32,000 nt of DNA. It comes from Nitrosopumilaceae archaeon. Lineage in GTDB: Archaea; Thermoproteota; Nitrososphaeria; Nitrososphaerales; Nitrosopumilaceae. The notes under the pieces are model-generated. The model had not been told where the DNA came from and ran no database searches. It saw only the letters and a program-made list of their open reading frames with translations. Location of the stretch: NCBI GenBank assembly GCA_035631875.1, contig DASQHX010000010.1, positions 218,708 to 250,707 of the forward strand, read 5' to 3'. Below, in pieces: positions 31,597-32,000 of the stretch. Position numbers and translations under genes: made by a program. Position 1 is the first letter of the stretch. Every line of letters begins with the position of its first letter.

Positions 31597-32000
31597 TGAT
31601 TTTCTCTCATATCTCAGACACACATTTAGGATTTGTACAATATCATTCAGAGGAAAGAGAAGACGATGTATATTCTGCATTTAATCAAGCAATTGATATT
31701 TCAATAAATGATCATGTAGATTTTGTAATTTTTGCAGGAGATATATTTCATGTACCCACTCCCAGTGGAAAGGCGATATTGGTTTTAGCAAATGCATTAA
31801 AGCGTTTAAAACAAAATAATATTGATTCTTTTTTCATTCTTGGTGATCATGACATCAGTAGGATACGTGCAACACCAATCCCATTTGTTTATCATAATTT
31901 GGAATTTTCTAAATATATTGGAAATGGAAAACCGTTCCAATACAAAGACATCATGATTTTAGGATATGATAAACGAAGAAAAAATGAGATTCATACCTTT
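31596..32000 (+). CDS. mre11: Mre11 nuclease (metallophosphoesterase), partial; continues beyond the right edge
   Basis: Not in the ORF track because it is open at the window edge. The ATG overlaps the herA stop (TAATG). My translation is MIFSHISDTHLGFVQYHSEEREDDVYSAFNQAIDISINDHVDFVIFAGDIFHVPTPS...FFILGDHDISR, giving phosphoesterase motifs I (DxH), II (GDxxH) and a variant III (GDHD). Confidence 0.85.
   Translation, partial: MIFSHISDTHLGFVQYHSEEREDDVYSAFNQAIDISINDHVDFVIFAGDIFHVPTPSGKAILVLANALKRLKQNNIDSFFILGDHDISRIRATPIPFVYHNLEFSKYIGNGKPFQYKDIMILGYDKRRKNEIHTF

Noticed and set aside
1-32000. Search for rRNA, tRNA, CRISPR arrays, transposases/IS ends, integrases and prophage genes
   Set aside because: I saw no GC-rich cloverleaf-like segments in the intergenic regions and no regularly spaced direct repeats. 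No ORF had DDE, tyrosine or serine recombinase motifs. The only repeats are intragenic domain duplications (the PEBP-protein repeat, the two cupredoxin domains, and Cdc48 D1/D2). This was visual inspection only, so tRNAscan/Infernal should confirm it.

Overview
This is an AT-rich, densely coding (about 90%) archaeal chromosomal segment. The gene content points to a marine ammonia-oxidising thaumarchaeon (Nitrosopumilales-like). Supporting genes are archaeal Rpo7/Spt4, aEF-1beta, Pth2, Cdc48, NurA-HerA-Mre11 and the DUF359 dephospho-CoA kinase, plus membrane-anchored blue-copper domains next to heme O synthase and a geranylgeranyl reductase. This taxonomic call is an inference from gene content, not a database hit. 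I support about 45 protein-coding genes, and several are below the 60-aa cut-off of the supplied ORF track. Recognisable blocks are: malic enzyme; two aldehyde dehydrogenases; a patatin-like lipase; a Zn-ribbon/aEF-1beta/Cdc48 operon; heme O synthase divergent from a di-cupredoxin membrane protein; a JAMM protease; an H+-pyrophosphatase; a DPCK/Mrp/Rpo7/Spt4 neighbourhood fused to a de novo NAD cluster (nadC, nadA, nadX); a convergent proline-catabolism pair; and the start of a nurA-herA-mre11 repair operon. I found no rRNA, tRNA, CRISPR array, transposase or integrase. I also see no convincing self-contained novel multi-gene system, and most of the window is core housekeeping. The leads worth a second look are: (1) an unannotated 32-aa ORF that matches the classical C2H2 zinc-finger consensus at every conserved position, as part of a wider set of sub-60-aa zinc-binding microproteins; (2) a small winged-helix/acidic-tail gene tightly coupled to Cdc48, which ends in an HbYX-like FYG; (3) a 51-aa ORF that looks like the orphaned first transmembrane helix of an APC amino-acid permease; (4) an ORFan block with a 245-nt non-coding gap at about 3.98-5.37 kb; and (5) start-codon and promoter oddities, including start codons 2 bp apart on opposite strands and several conserved enzymes that must start at TTG or GTG.
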